From Thermoplasmatales archaeon (lineage in GTDB: Archaea; Thermoplasmatota; E2; DHVEG-1), in contig JBFYMG010000053.1 in assembly GCA_041305025.1 (NCBI GenBank), positions 308 through 64,307 of the forward strand: a stretch of DNA of 64,000 nt, read 5' to 3'. Under the pieces are notes generated by a model. It worked only from the letters and a program-made list of their open reading frames with translations, was not told where the DNA came from and ran no database searches. The position numbers and the translations under genes are program-made. Numbering within the stretch: position 1 is the stretch's first letter; each line of letters starts with the position of its first letter. Shown in pieces: positions 1 to 8,905 of the stretch.

Positions 1-4
1 TGAA

Positions 5-772
5 ATGAATATAATAGTTTGTGCCAAGCAAGTTGTCGACGTATCTGAAATGAAGATTGATCCAACCACAAAGAAGCCGATTTTACAGGGCGTACCACAA
101 AAGATAAGTGATATAGATAAAAACGCTTTAGAGGAAGCTTTGAGAATCAAGAGTGAACATAGTGGTACCAACATAACTGTTGTTACTGTTGGTTCATCTG
201 ATGCAAAGGAAAGAATGAAGGAATTGCTTGCAATGGGTGCGGATGGAGGAGTTTTAGTTGTTCCTCCTCAGAAATATGACTATCATGTTGTATCGGCCCT
301 TTTAGTTGAAGCGATAAAAAAGATTGGAGCTTATGATATTATTTTGTGCGGTGAAGCATCTATTGATTTGTTTTCAGGCCAGATTGGACCAAGACTTGCT
401 GGACTACTCAATATCCCACAAATCACCTATGCACAGAATGTTAAGGCCGGAAAAGACAAAGTTGTTGCCGAAAGAAACATGGGTGATAAAATGGTTACGA
501 CAGAATCAACTTATCCTGTTCTTATCACTGTTACAAAAGAAATCAACACACCAAGATTACCAAGTCTCATGCAGATTCTTTCTTCAGCCAATAAACCAAT
601 TAAAGAGTTGAATATAGATTCACTTGGTGGCGTAAAACTTAACCCTGCAATTGAAACTGTGGAACTTAAAGGCATTCCAATGGATAGAAAAAATATCATT
701 TACAAAGATGATGTAGACGAATCAATAAAGAAACTTGTCGACAGCCTTGCTAAAGACGGAGTGCTGAGGTGA
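5..772 (+). CDS. etfB: Electron transfer flavoprotein, beta subunit
   Basis: 255 aa. The N-terminus MNIIVCAKQVVD is typical of EtfB. The stop overlaps the GTG start of the downstream etfA (GTGA). Confidence 0.9.
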   Translation: MNIIVCAKQVVDVSEMKIDPTTKKPILQGVPQKISDIDKNALEEALRIKSEHSGTNITVVTVGSSDAKERMKELLAMGADGGVLVVPPQKYDYHVVSALLVEAIKKIGAYDIILCGEASIDLFSGQIGPRLAGLLNIPQITYAQNVKAGKDKVVAERNMGDKMVTTESTYPVLITVTKEINTPRLPSLMQILSSANKPIKELNIDSLGGVKLNPAIETVELKGIPMDRKNIIYKDDVDESIKKLVDSLAKDGVLR

Positions 773-1731
773 TAGATATGGTGCTTGTTTTTTCAGATGA
801 TAAAAAAATGATGTTGGAATTACTTGGAAAGGGCGCCGAAATTGCAAAAGAACTCAAACTAAAACTCAGTGCAGTAATTATAGGAAAAGATGACACCCTT
901 GCAAAAGAGTACATTTCGCATGGCGCTGAAAAGGTTTTTGTAGCTGAAACTGACCTGAATGCTTTCAAAGCCGAAGAATACACAGACATCTTAGGTGCAA
1001 TCGTGAAAGAGGCGGGTGCCGAGGTTGTTTTGATTGGTTCAAATAAGAATGGCAAAGAGCTTGCCCCAAGGCTTGCATCAAAATTGGGAACTGGATGTAT
1101 TACAGATTGCATAAAATTATATGTGAAAGATAAAAAGTTGACCGCGGAGCGCATAGTGTACAGTGGGAATGCAATTGTCGTTGAGCAGTTTAATACAAAG
1201 CCAAGTATTGTCACAGTTCCTTCCAAGGTTTTTGATCCATCACCAAAAGACAGTAAACACCACGGCGAAGTCGTCAAGAAGAAGTTTGATGTGAACAAAT
1301 CGGCCTCTCATATTGTTAAAGTTCAAGAGATGAAATCTGAGGGTGTAAACGTCGAAGATGCTGAGATAATTGTATCATGCGGAAGAGGCTTCAAAAGCAA
1401 AGATGACATAAAATTGGTTGACGGACTTGCAGGAGCTTTGAAAGGAAAAACAATTGGATGCTCACGTCCGATTGCCGCTGATCTAAAGTGGCTATCTGAA
1501 GATCACTGGATAGGGCTTTCAGGCCATAAGGTTAAACCCAAATTGTATGTGGCCGTTGGAATATCTGGTCAAATACAACATATTGCTGGAATGCGTGATT
1601 CTGATATCGTTGTTGCAATCAATAAGGACCCAGAAGCACTTATTTTCAAATCTGCTGACTACGGCATTGTCGGCGACTTGTACGAAATTGTACCGAAATT
1701 GACCAGTGCAATCAAGGAAAAAATGGGATAA
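769..1731 (+). CDS. etfA: Electron transfer flavoprotein, alpha subunit
   Basis: 320 aa. The C-terminal FAD-binding signature is present: VGISGQIQHIAGM...VVAINKDPEALIFKSADYGIVGDLYEIVP. It is translationally coupled to etfB. Confidence 0.9.
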   Translation: MIDMVLVFSDDKKMMLELLGKGAEIAKELKLKLSAVIIGKDDTLAKEYISHGAEKVFVAETDLNAFKAEEYTDILGAIVKEAGAEVVLIGSNKNGKELAPRLASKLGTGCITDCIKLYVKDKKLTAERIVYSGNAIVVEQFNTKPSIVTVPSKVFDPSPKDSKHHGEVVKKKFDVNKSASHIVKVQEMKSEGVNVEDAEIIVSCGRGFKSKDDIKLVDGLAGALKGKTIGCSRPIAADLKWLSEDHWIGLSGHKVKPKLYVAVGISGQIQHIAGMRDSDIVVAINKDPEALIFKSADYGIVGDLYEIVPKLTSAIKEKMG

Positions 1732-1794
1732 AATCTTATACTTGATCCCAGTTCGACGATTAGTATAAACTCTTTGCATAGAGGTTAGGTAGAC

Positions 1795-2325
1795 ATGAGT
1801 AGAGATGAGGATGGAAAACTAATTGCTGCCATTCCAAAAGACAAGATAGCTGATTTTATATCTCTTCATCTAAGTGATCTTTGGGCTGTAGACGGTTTGT
1901 ATTTTCTTGGCATAGAAGAAAAATTTGGTACGCAAGTCGCTACTGAAATTGATCGAAATGTTTGGGAAGTCATGGGAAAGATTGAGGCAAGACGATTAAA
2001 AGAATTTTTTGGAATAGAGGGTAATGACATTGCTTCGATGATAAAGGCGCTACGTTATAGTAGCTGGGCTTTGGATCTTGAAGATAAAGAAATCGAAATT
2101 AAAAAAGAAAGGACCATTGTTAGAAATGTTAGATGCCGTGTTCAGAATACACGTATCAAAAAAGGCCTTTCGGAATTTGGCTGCAAGCCTGTTAGATTTG
2201 GTTTTCTTAAGGCTTTTGCAAAAGAGTTTAATCCAGATATCATTGTTAATTGCAATGTTTGTCCGCCAGATAAACATCCTGATAATTTGTGGTGCGAATG
2301 GGAATTTAAAATGAAGGGGAAATAG
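1795..2325 (+). CDS. Hypothetical small Cys-rich protein (possibly ATC-hydrolase/DUF6125-like)
   Basis: 176 aa ORF that ends 2 nt before the next gene. The C-terminal part is Cys-rich (CRVQN...GCKP...NCNVCPPDKHPDNLWCEWEF). The family assignment is from memory only. Confidence 0.35.
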   Translation: MSRDEDGKLIAAIPKDKIADFISLHLSDLWAVDGLYFLGIEEKFGTQVATEIDRNVWEVMGKIEARRLKEFFGIEGNDIASMIKALRYSSWALDLEDKEIEIKKERTIVRNVRCRVQNTRIKKGLSEFGCKPVRFGFLKAFAKEFNPDIIVNCNVCPPDKHPDNLWCEWEFKMKGK

Positions 2326-2327
2326 AA

Positions 2328-3785
2328 ATGAAGACGGCTGAAGAGTATAAGAAGAATCTTAAACAGATGAGACCAAATATTTACAAGTTTGGTGAGCTAA
2401 TAAAAGATGTAACAAAGCATCCAGCAACAAGAAGAACCGTTGAAGGTCATGCACAGATATTTACAGCGAGTTTGAAGACAGAATATCAGGATATTCTCAC
2501 CACAAAATCCAGTTTGACTGGTGAGCGAATATCAAGATATCTCTCAATTCTTGGCAGTGCAGAGGACATGTACGCCAACGTTCGTATGAAGCGCCTGATG
2601 TTCAATCTCACAGGCACATGTACGGGAGGCAGATGTGCAGGTTTCAATGCCCTTAATGCCATGTGGGCAACAACTTACGACATAGACAAAGATTTAGGAA
2701 CGGACTATCACAAGCGACTACAAAATTGGCTGGAGGATGCACAGAAACAAGACATTACTCTCTCGGGTGCATTGACTGATCCCAAAGGAGATCGTTCAAA
2801 ACCACCTTCACTTCAGAGCGATCCTGATATGAGTTTGCGTATTGTAGAAGAAAAAAAAGATGGAATCGTAGTTCGTGGTGCAAAGGTGATGATATGCGGT
2901 GTTGCTGCAGCAAATGAGCTATTTGTAATGCCTGGCACGGGATATAAAGAGTCAGATAAGGATTACGCCGTTTCTTTTGTAATTCCGCGCGATATAGACA
3001 ACCTTACAATAATTGAGGCAAGAAGACCAAGCGATACAAGAGAGCAAGAAGAGGGTTTTGATATTCCCGTTGATATTGGTGGTATAACCCAAGCCTATAT
3101 CTTGTTTGAAGATGTTTTTATTCCAAAAGAACGAGTTTTTATGTGCAAAGAACACGCTTATACTACCCAAGCAGTTATGAATTTCATAGCACCTTATCGA
3201 GCTGCAATTGGTGGATGCGTCGCTGGCCAAGGCGATGTTATGATTGGTGCATCAGCTCTCATGGCACGTGCAAATGGTCTAAATGAAAAAACTTTTAAAG
3301 ATAAGATAAACCAGATGATTATAAACAATGAAACCACATTTGGAATGGGTATTGCTGCCAGTGCTCTTGGGCATAAACACCCATCGGGCGTGTGGATTCC
3401 AAATCTCCTGCTTTCCAACGTAAATAAGGTGCATGTTGCAACCTTACCCTATGAAACCAAAAGGTTAACTCAGGACATAACAGGAGGAATTGCTGAGACG
3501 GGATGCATTCCTTCATGCAAAGATCTTAACGATCCGAAATACGGAAAAATGTTGCAGAAATATCTAAAGGCAAACTGTAGTGGTGAATCAAGAGCAAAGA
3601 TTGCACGTCTTGTTGAGTGGCTTACAATTGGCGCGGGTGTTCCTGGCTGTATGCATGGTGGTGGTTCTCCGGATGGCGCAAAACTAATTATCAACATTAA
3701 TACCGACATTAACCGCTACATAGAACTTGCAAAAAGGCTGGCCGATATCAAAGAGGATATACAAGTGGAGCCTAAGAAAAAATAA
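2328..3785 (+). CDS. abfD: 4-hydroxybutyryl-CoA dehydratase / vinylacetyl-CoA isomerase family protein
   Basis: 485 aa. It is collinear with AbfD-type proteins: TCTGGRCAGFN (CX3C cluster ligands), LTDPKGDRSKPPS...LRIVEEKKDGIVVRGAK, GGCVAG. Confidence 0.85.
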   Translation: MKTAEEYKKNLKQMRPNIYKFGELIKDVTKHPATRRTVEGHAQIFTASLKTEYQDILTTKSSLTGERISRYLSILGSAEDMYANVRMKRLMFNLTGTCTGGRCAGFNALNAMWATTYDIDKDLGTDYHKRLQNWLEDAQKQDITLSGALTDPKGDRSKPPSLQSDPDMSLRIVEEKKDGIVVRGAKVMICGVAAANELFVMPGTGYKESDKDYAVSFVIPRDIDNLTIIEARRPSDTREQEEGFDIPVDIGGITQAYILFEDVFIPKERVFMCKEHAYTTQAVMNFIAPYRAAIGGCVAGQGDVMIGASALMARANGLNEKTFKDKINQMIINNETTFGMGIAASALGHKHPSGVWIPNLLLSNVNKVHVATLPYETKRLTQDITGGIAETGCIPSCKDLNDPKYGKMLQKYLKANCSGESRAKIARLVEWLTIGAGVPGCMHGGGSPDGAKLIININTDINRYIELAKRLADIKEDIQVEPKKK

Positions 3786-3791
3786 AATTCA

Positions 3792-4301
3792 TTAATTAAT
3801 ATAAGGATTAGTACTCGACCGATCAAATCCTTGAACAAGTTCGATTGCTGGAAATTCATTTTGTGGTAACCATCCATAAACAGGATACACAAGATTTGGG
3901 AAGAACTGCTTTATATCGGTAGATAACTTGGTGACCGCGTGTTTTTCACCAAAATTTTCCTTGCTGATTTCATACGTCTTCTGCCGTGTAATTTGTTCAT
4001 CAAGAAATCCAAGTGAGTGGATATATTCATGAAGCAAGACATGAAACAAATAGGACTTAAGCAACTTAGAGTTCGTCTCAGTAATACGCCGAATTGGGGT
4101 TTTATTCACAACAATTATATTGGATGCTACTGGATAGTAGGCACCGATGAATCCATCAAGAGATGAGCCAAGTTCTTGCAACCCCAACATCAAGCCAGCC
4201 CTTGATCGCCCTTCACTCTTTCGAACAGCTTCTTTTACAATTTCAAAAACATCTATTAAATCTTGTTTAATATCGATTTTACAAACATTATTTTCATCCA
4301 T
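3792..4301 (-). CDS. Small putative zinc metallopeptidase (HEXXHXXGXXD motif)
   Basis: 169 aa with no signal peptide. It has a single HEYIHSLGFLD motif matching the metzincin-like HEXXHXXGXXD pattern. No other recognisable domain. Confidence 0.45.
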   Translation of the reverse strand: MDENNVCKIDIKQDLIDVFEIVKEAVRKSEGRSRAGLMLGLQELGSSLDGFIGAYYPVASNIIVVNKTPIRRITETNSKLLKSYLFHVLLHEYIHSLGFLDEQITRQKTYEISKENFGEKHAVTKLSTDIKQFFPNLVYPVYGWLPQNEFPAIELVQGFDRSSTNPYIN

Positions 4302-4402
4302 TATATAATATATAGTTAACGATTGTTAATAATCTTTTCTATAAAAATAAAAAAAAGGTTTGCAAAACATGGTTTTTACTTTTTGACATTCTGACACGAC
4401 AG

Positions 4403-4411
4403 ATATATATA
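4403..4411 (+). promoter_or_regulatory. TATA-like box upstream of the candidate ncRNA
   Basis: ATATATATA lies 24 nt upstream of the first base of the long helix at 4435, which matches archaeal TATA-to-TSS spacing. Confidence 0.4.
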
Positions 4412-4434
4412 GTATCAGTGACAAATAGTATCAT

Positions 4435-4545
4435 GCTTAGAGAGGGACGATTTGGGGGTGTTTGGCATCTGCCGGCGTCCTCTTTAGTGGGTGACTGGGG
4501 GGCATTTGGTGCCCGCCGGGTACTCTCTCTAGGCGGTGTTTTTTT
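4435..4545 (+). ncRNA. Unclassified GC-rich structured RNA (about 105 nt) with a poly-T terminator
   Basis: A GC-rich island in AT-rich intergenic DNA. A 12-bp closing helix pairs 4435-4446 (GCUUAGAGAGGG) with 4523-4534 (CUCUCUCUAGGC). It includes G-U pairs that would be C-A mismatches on the other strand. Internal hairpin GGGCA-UUUGG-UGCCC. CCGGCG (4472-4477) can pair with CGCCGG (4514-4519). The element ends in T7 (4539-4545). Confidence 0.55.
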
Positions 4546-4602
4546 AAAATAATTTTATCCATATCAAAAGAGTTTTAAGACACTGAAAAGATTAACTGCT
4601 GG

Positions 4603-5985
4603 ATGTTGGATGCAAGACTCGCTGTTGAAATAATATTCTTAGTCTCGTGCACCGTCACAATCTATCTTATCCTTAGGAGGCCTTATTTGTACATAAGGCT
4701 GGGCATACGCAAGATAAAGATGGATACCTATTTTCTTGGCGCATTGCTTGGACCGGTTTTGATTGTAATTTTTGGTATCTTGAACTATTCACAGCTCCTA
4801 GGGGGATTTGAGGGAAAAGGCGGCCTCAATCCATTCGGTGTTCTGGTTCTTTTTCTATCGATGGTTTTTATGAGCATATTTCTTGATATCACCGGATTCT
4901 TTGAATATTGTGCTCGTCTTGCGTTGAAATTTGCCGGTACCGATGGTAGGAAACTCTATTTCTCATTATATATCGTCGTTTCAATACTTACGATATTTAC
5001 GTCTAATGATATCATTATACTAACGTTTACTCCTTTCATTTATTACTTCTCAAAAAATGCAGGAATAGACCCAAAGCCATATCTTATAGCCGAGTTCTTT
5101 GCAGCAAATACATGGAGCATGATGCTTTACATAGGCAATCCAACAAACATCTTGCTTGCATCAGCATTCGACCTACGTTTTGATCAATACTTCAAATGGA
5201 TGTTTTTGCCTGCAATCGTTGCTGGATTTACTAGCATGGCGCTGTTGTATGTTCTCTTCAGAAGTAAGATAAACCAGCCAATTAAACACCAAAAAACCAT
5301 AAAACCTTTAGAAGCAATCACCGATAAACCAAGCGCCATTCTAGGGCTTTTAATTCTTGGTGGGTGTATCGTTGCATTAGCGATTGCTCCTTATTTCGGA
5401 ATTGAAATGTGGCTCGTTTCACTTGGGTTTGCACTTGCCCTTCTTGCGATTTTGGCGCTACGCGATTCGTTCGTCTCTTTAATCAGAAAACATATTGAAA
5501 AGAAGCATTTTACTATCGCGCCTACTCTGAAAAAGATGCCGGTGGGCATTATTCCTTTCGTTTTGGCATTGTTTGTAACAGTTGAAGCTCTAAGAATCTA
5601 CGGAATAACAGAAGATATCGGCATATTTTTCAAAAATATCTGCGGCAGTTCAAATACTGCATATGTTTTTGTCTACGGAACATCCTCTGCCTTTTCTGCC
5701 AACATACTGAACAATATCCCTATGACAGTTGCCTATGTCCCTATCACTAGCGCCGTTGCACAGCCACATATTTTACCTTCAGTTCTTGCAACAGCAGTTG
5801 GCTCAAATCTTGGTGCAAATATTACGCCAATTGGTGCATTGGCAGGAATCATGTGGATGAGCATACTACGTGATAAAAATGTGAAGATATCATTCAAAGA
5901 ATTTGTAAAATGCGGGTTAATAGTTACACCAATAACTCTTGTAGCATGTTTGGGTGTGCTTGCACTCGAATTCATGATCTTTTGA
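4603..5985 (+). CDS. ArsB/NhaD-superfamily anion or ion permease
   Basis: 460 aa polytopic membrane protein. The IGNPTNILLASAF motif is typical of ArsB/citrate-transporter-like permeases. The true start may be the internal Met at residue 40. Confidence 0.75.
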   Translation: MLDARLAVEIIFLVSCTVTIYLILRRPYLYIRLGIRKIKMDTYFLGALLGPVLIVIFGILNYSQLLGGFEGKGGLNPFGVLVLFLSMVFMSIFLDITGFFEYCARLALKFAGTDGRKLYFSLYIVVSILTIFTSNDIIILTFTPFIYYFSKNAGIDPKPYLIAEFFAANTWSMMLYIGNPTNILLASAFDLRFDQYFKWMFLPAIVAGFTSMALLYVLFRSKINQPIKHQKTIKPLEAITDKPSAILGLLILGGCIVALAIAPYFGIEMWLVSLGFALALLAILALRDSFVSLIRKHIEKKHFTIAPTLKKMPVGIIPFVLALFVTVEALRIYGITEDIGIFFKNICGSSNTAYVFVYGTSSAFSANILNNIPMTVAYVPITSAVAQPHILPSVLATAVGSNLGANITPIGALAGIMWMSILRDKNVKISFKEFVKCGLIVTPITLVACLGVLALEFMIF

Positions 5986-5987
5986 TG

Positions 5988-6509
5988 CTATGGTATTAAA
6001 AAAATTAAAACACCCATGATGATAAATATTGATCCTGTTATTTTAGTTAATAGTCTTTTATTTACTCGCTCAGAGATGAATTTTCCGAAATATACAGCCA
6101 TAACCGATAAAATGGTGAGTGCCATCATTGTTCCACATAGCACCAATATGACGTTGAATTTAGTTGCAAAGAGTGCCGCCGATATCTGTGTTTTATCACC
6201 CCATTCTGTTAAAAAGATTAATACGAAACCGGAAAGAAATGCGTTTTTGTAAAATCTTTTGTTTTTTCCATCATCTCCTCTATTTATTAGCATCAACAAT
6301 CCAAAGATTATGAAAATAATACCAGATGCTATTTTTACATATTTTATTGGAACAATCGTTATAATCCATGATCCAGCCATAATTGCAATACCATCGACTA
6401 TAAAAAAAGCAAGAATGACCCCAAATAATAGATGAAGATGTTTTTCTGTTTTTGAAGATAAAAGTAAAACGGACAATTGTGTTTTATCGCCCAATTCTGC
6501 TAAAGCCAC
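5988..6509 (-). CDS. UPF0016 (GDT1/TMEM165-type) Ca2+/Mn2+ transporter
   Basis: Two E-x-G-D-K-T motifs (AELGDKTQ and TEWGDKTQ), each in a hydrophobic half. The only canonical start is a GTG just 4 codons before the first motif. Confidence 0.8.
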   Translation of the reverse strand: MALAELGDKTQLSVLLLSSKTEKHLHLLFGVILAFFIVDGIAIMAGSWIITIVPIKYVKIASGIIFIIFGLLMLINRGDDGKNKRFYKNAFLSGFVLIFLTEWGDKTQISAALFATKFNVILVLCGTMMALTILSVMAVYFGKFISERVNKRLLTKITGSIFIIMGVLIFLIP

Positions 6510-6688
6510 TGTAAATAATGGAATTAGTATATCTTCTAGTATTGTTATCGCCCTTGTCTATTAAGCATTCTAATAAGCTAAAACTCTTATAAATAAACTA
6601 TTAATTTTACAAATAATAATCAACTGCAGTGATAAGGTTTTATAAAGAAATAGCCATTATCAAATTGTAGGTTTGAGGAGGCAAATAT

Positions 6689-7596
6689 ATGAAAAAAATA
6701 GTATTGGTACTAATCGTTTTGATAATGATTGTTACAGGATTTTTAAGCGGATGCACTAACACAAATCAAACATCAGATGACGAAGAAAAAGAATCTGGTG
6801 GTCAAGAGTATATGTGGTCTACTATGACTCAGGGGCCATATAAAGACAAAGTTTCTTTTGCAAACAGCACCGACCTTCTAAACTGGACTGACTCAGGAGT
6901 AATTTTAGCGAACCATGCATCAGTGCCAGGTGCTATCTATAAAGATAATACAATTTACGTTTATTTTGTTGACGTTTCAGAAGACGGCAAACCGGAGCAA
7001 ATCGGACTTATTCATTCAACAGACAAGGGACAAACATGGTCTTCCAAAGAATATGTAATTTTTAATGGTATTGAGGATAAAGTTCCTGTAGACCTGCCCC
7101 TTTCCTGCTCGATGACGGAAGAACCAGAGTATATTACTTTGACATTAATGAGCAAAGAAGTTCATCTAACAAAGATGTAACGAACAAGATCTACTCGGCA
7201 ATTTCAACTGACGGAATAACTTTCGTGCAGGAAGATGGCGTTCGTTTTGAAAGAAAGGGGATTTTTGACCCAGATGTAATTGAAGTAAACGATGGATGGC
7301 GATTGTATGTTGGTGATATAGAGAACAACGATGTCATCTCAGCAGTTTCAACTGATGGCCTAAAATTTACTGAAGAAGGCACCGCATTTTCTGATGGCGC
7401 TGTACCAGATGTATTTTTCAAGAATAATATCTACTATCTCTACACGGCAGGAATTGATATTTCTACTTCCCAAAACGGAACCAGCTTTACAAAAACTTTG
7501 TATTCATTTAGATTGCAGGGCAAAATTACTGCCGACCCATCCGTTATCCAAATGGATGATGGAACATATATGATGTTATACAAAACCAAAGATTAA
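6689..7596 (+). pseudogene. Asp-box (BNR) beta-propeller lipoprotein, frameshifted
   Basis: Lipobox-like N-terminus (FLSGC). Asp-box STDKGQTW plus degenerate copies STDGITF and STDGLKF. The reading frame switches from frame 1 to frame 3 between 7079 and 7096, near the CCCC run. The frame-3 continuation PAPFLLDDGRTRVYYFD...IYSAISTDGITF joins the two track ORFs. Confidence 0.7.
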
Positions 7597-7630
7597 TCCT
7601 GACTTTGCATTTCATATATTTTACTGACAG

Positions 7631-8791
7631 ATGAATATAAATACAAAAAAGAATATCCCAAAAAAAGTGACCGTCAAAGAAGTAGAAGCAAAATCAATTT
7701 TACGTAAAAACAACAAAATTGACTCCTGGTTTATCTCTTATTATGGTATGAATTTATACCGGGGATGCACCCATGATTGCATCTACTGTGATGGGCGATC
7801 AGAAGGATACTATGTCGATGGAGAATTCGGCAAAGATGTTGTAGTAAAAATTAATGCCATCGATGTTTTACGTCGAGAGTTGGATTCGAAACGTAAACGA
7901 ACTCCATTTAAGAAAAGCTATATGCTGGTTGGTGGTGGCGTTGGTGATAGCTATCAACCCATCGAAAAAAAGTATGCGCTCACTCGAAAGACTCTTCAAT
8001 TGCTTTATGAAAATAATTGGCCGGTTCACCTTTTAACAAAATCAACACTTGTCAAAAGAGATATTGATATTCTGAAAAAGATTAATGAAAAAAATAGAGT
8101 AATTGTAAGTTTTAGTTTTTCATCAGCCGATGATAAGACAAGTGCGATATTTGAGCCGGGTGTTCCTTCACCTACTGAACGATTAAAAACTATTGAATTT
8201 TTTAAAGGCGAGGGATTCTCTTGTGGCATGTTTTTACTTCCAGTCATTCCATTTATCACAGATAAACCAAACTTGCTTGAGGAAACGATTCGACTGGCAA
8301 AAGATGCTGGTGTGGACTTCATCATCTTTGGCGGCATGACATTAAAAGATGGCAAACAGAAAGAATACTTTTTGAAAACGCTTAAAAAAACCTATCCAGA
8401 ACTGATTACCGAGTACAGTCATATATACCGAGGAGACAAATGGGGACAAGCAATCGGCGAATACTATGAGTCAATTAATCAAACATTTAATGCAATTGCA
8501 AAGAAATACAAAATACCCAAACGCATACCGCCTGCCTTATACAGAAACATTTTAAGTGAAAACGACTTAGTAATTGTTATTTTAGAACAGATCGACTATC
8601 TCTTAAAATTGGAAGAAAAAAAATCACCATATGGCTATGCCGCTTATTCTATTTCAAAATTAAATGAACCGCTTTCGTCTATAAAAAACGAATTGCAACA
8701 GATTAAAGGAGTTGGCCAAGTAACTGAACGAATCATCCTGGAAATTCTCAATACGGGAAGTTCTTCATACTATGAAAAATTATTAATTTGA
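7631..8791 (+). CDS. Radical SAM protein (SplB/COG1533-like) with C-terminal helix-hairpin-helix
   Basis: 386 aa. CX3CX2C motif in YRGCTHDCIYCDG. The C-terminal IKGVGQVTERIILEIL resembles an HhH motif. Confidence 0.8.
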   Translation: MNINTKKNIPKKVTVKEVEAKSILRKNNKIDSWFISYYGMNLYRGCTHDCIYCDGRSEGYYVDGEFGKDVVVKINAIDVLRRELDSKRKRTPFKKSYMLVGGGVGDSYQPIEKKYALTRKTLQLLYENNWPVHLLTKSTLVKRDIDILKKINEKNRVIVSFSFSSADDKTSAIFEPGVPSPTERLKTIEFFKGEGFSCGMFLLPVIPFITDKPNLLEETIRLAKDAGVDFIIFGGMTLKDGKQKEYFLKTLKKTYPELITEYSHIYRGDKWGQAIGEYYESINQTFNAIAKKYKIPKRIPPALYRNILSENDLVIVILEQIDYLLKLEEKKSPYGYAAYSISKLNEPLSSIKNELQQIKGVGQVTERIILEILNTGSSSYYEKLLI

Positions 8792-8905
8792 TGAAAAGCT
8801 TTTGAAGCGAAAAGTTTCTATCAATAAATTATAATTATAATTTAAGAAAAGTATATTTAGCTAATCGCAGTTAAGGATTAACAATAGTTAAGGGGGTTTT
8901 AAGAA

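Noticed and set aside
4435-4545. Possible tRNA-Sec, considered because Hdr/Mvh proteins are selenoproteins in some archaea. Known riboswitch classes (fluoride, TPP, yybP-ykoY Mn2+) were also considered.
   Set aside because: There is no UCA anticodon in a plausible loop on the plus strand. The minus strand has C-A mismatches in the main helix and no U33 context. There is no T-arm GTTCRANYC. All hdr/mvhD ORFs are uninterrupted, with no in-frame TGA. The conserved cores of the fluoride (GGCGAUG...CUGAUG), TPP (CUGAGA...) and yybP-ykoY (GGGGAGUAG...UUGACA) classes are not present. The nearby UPF0016 gene is convergent and is not downstream of the element.
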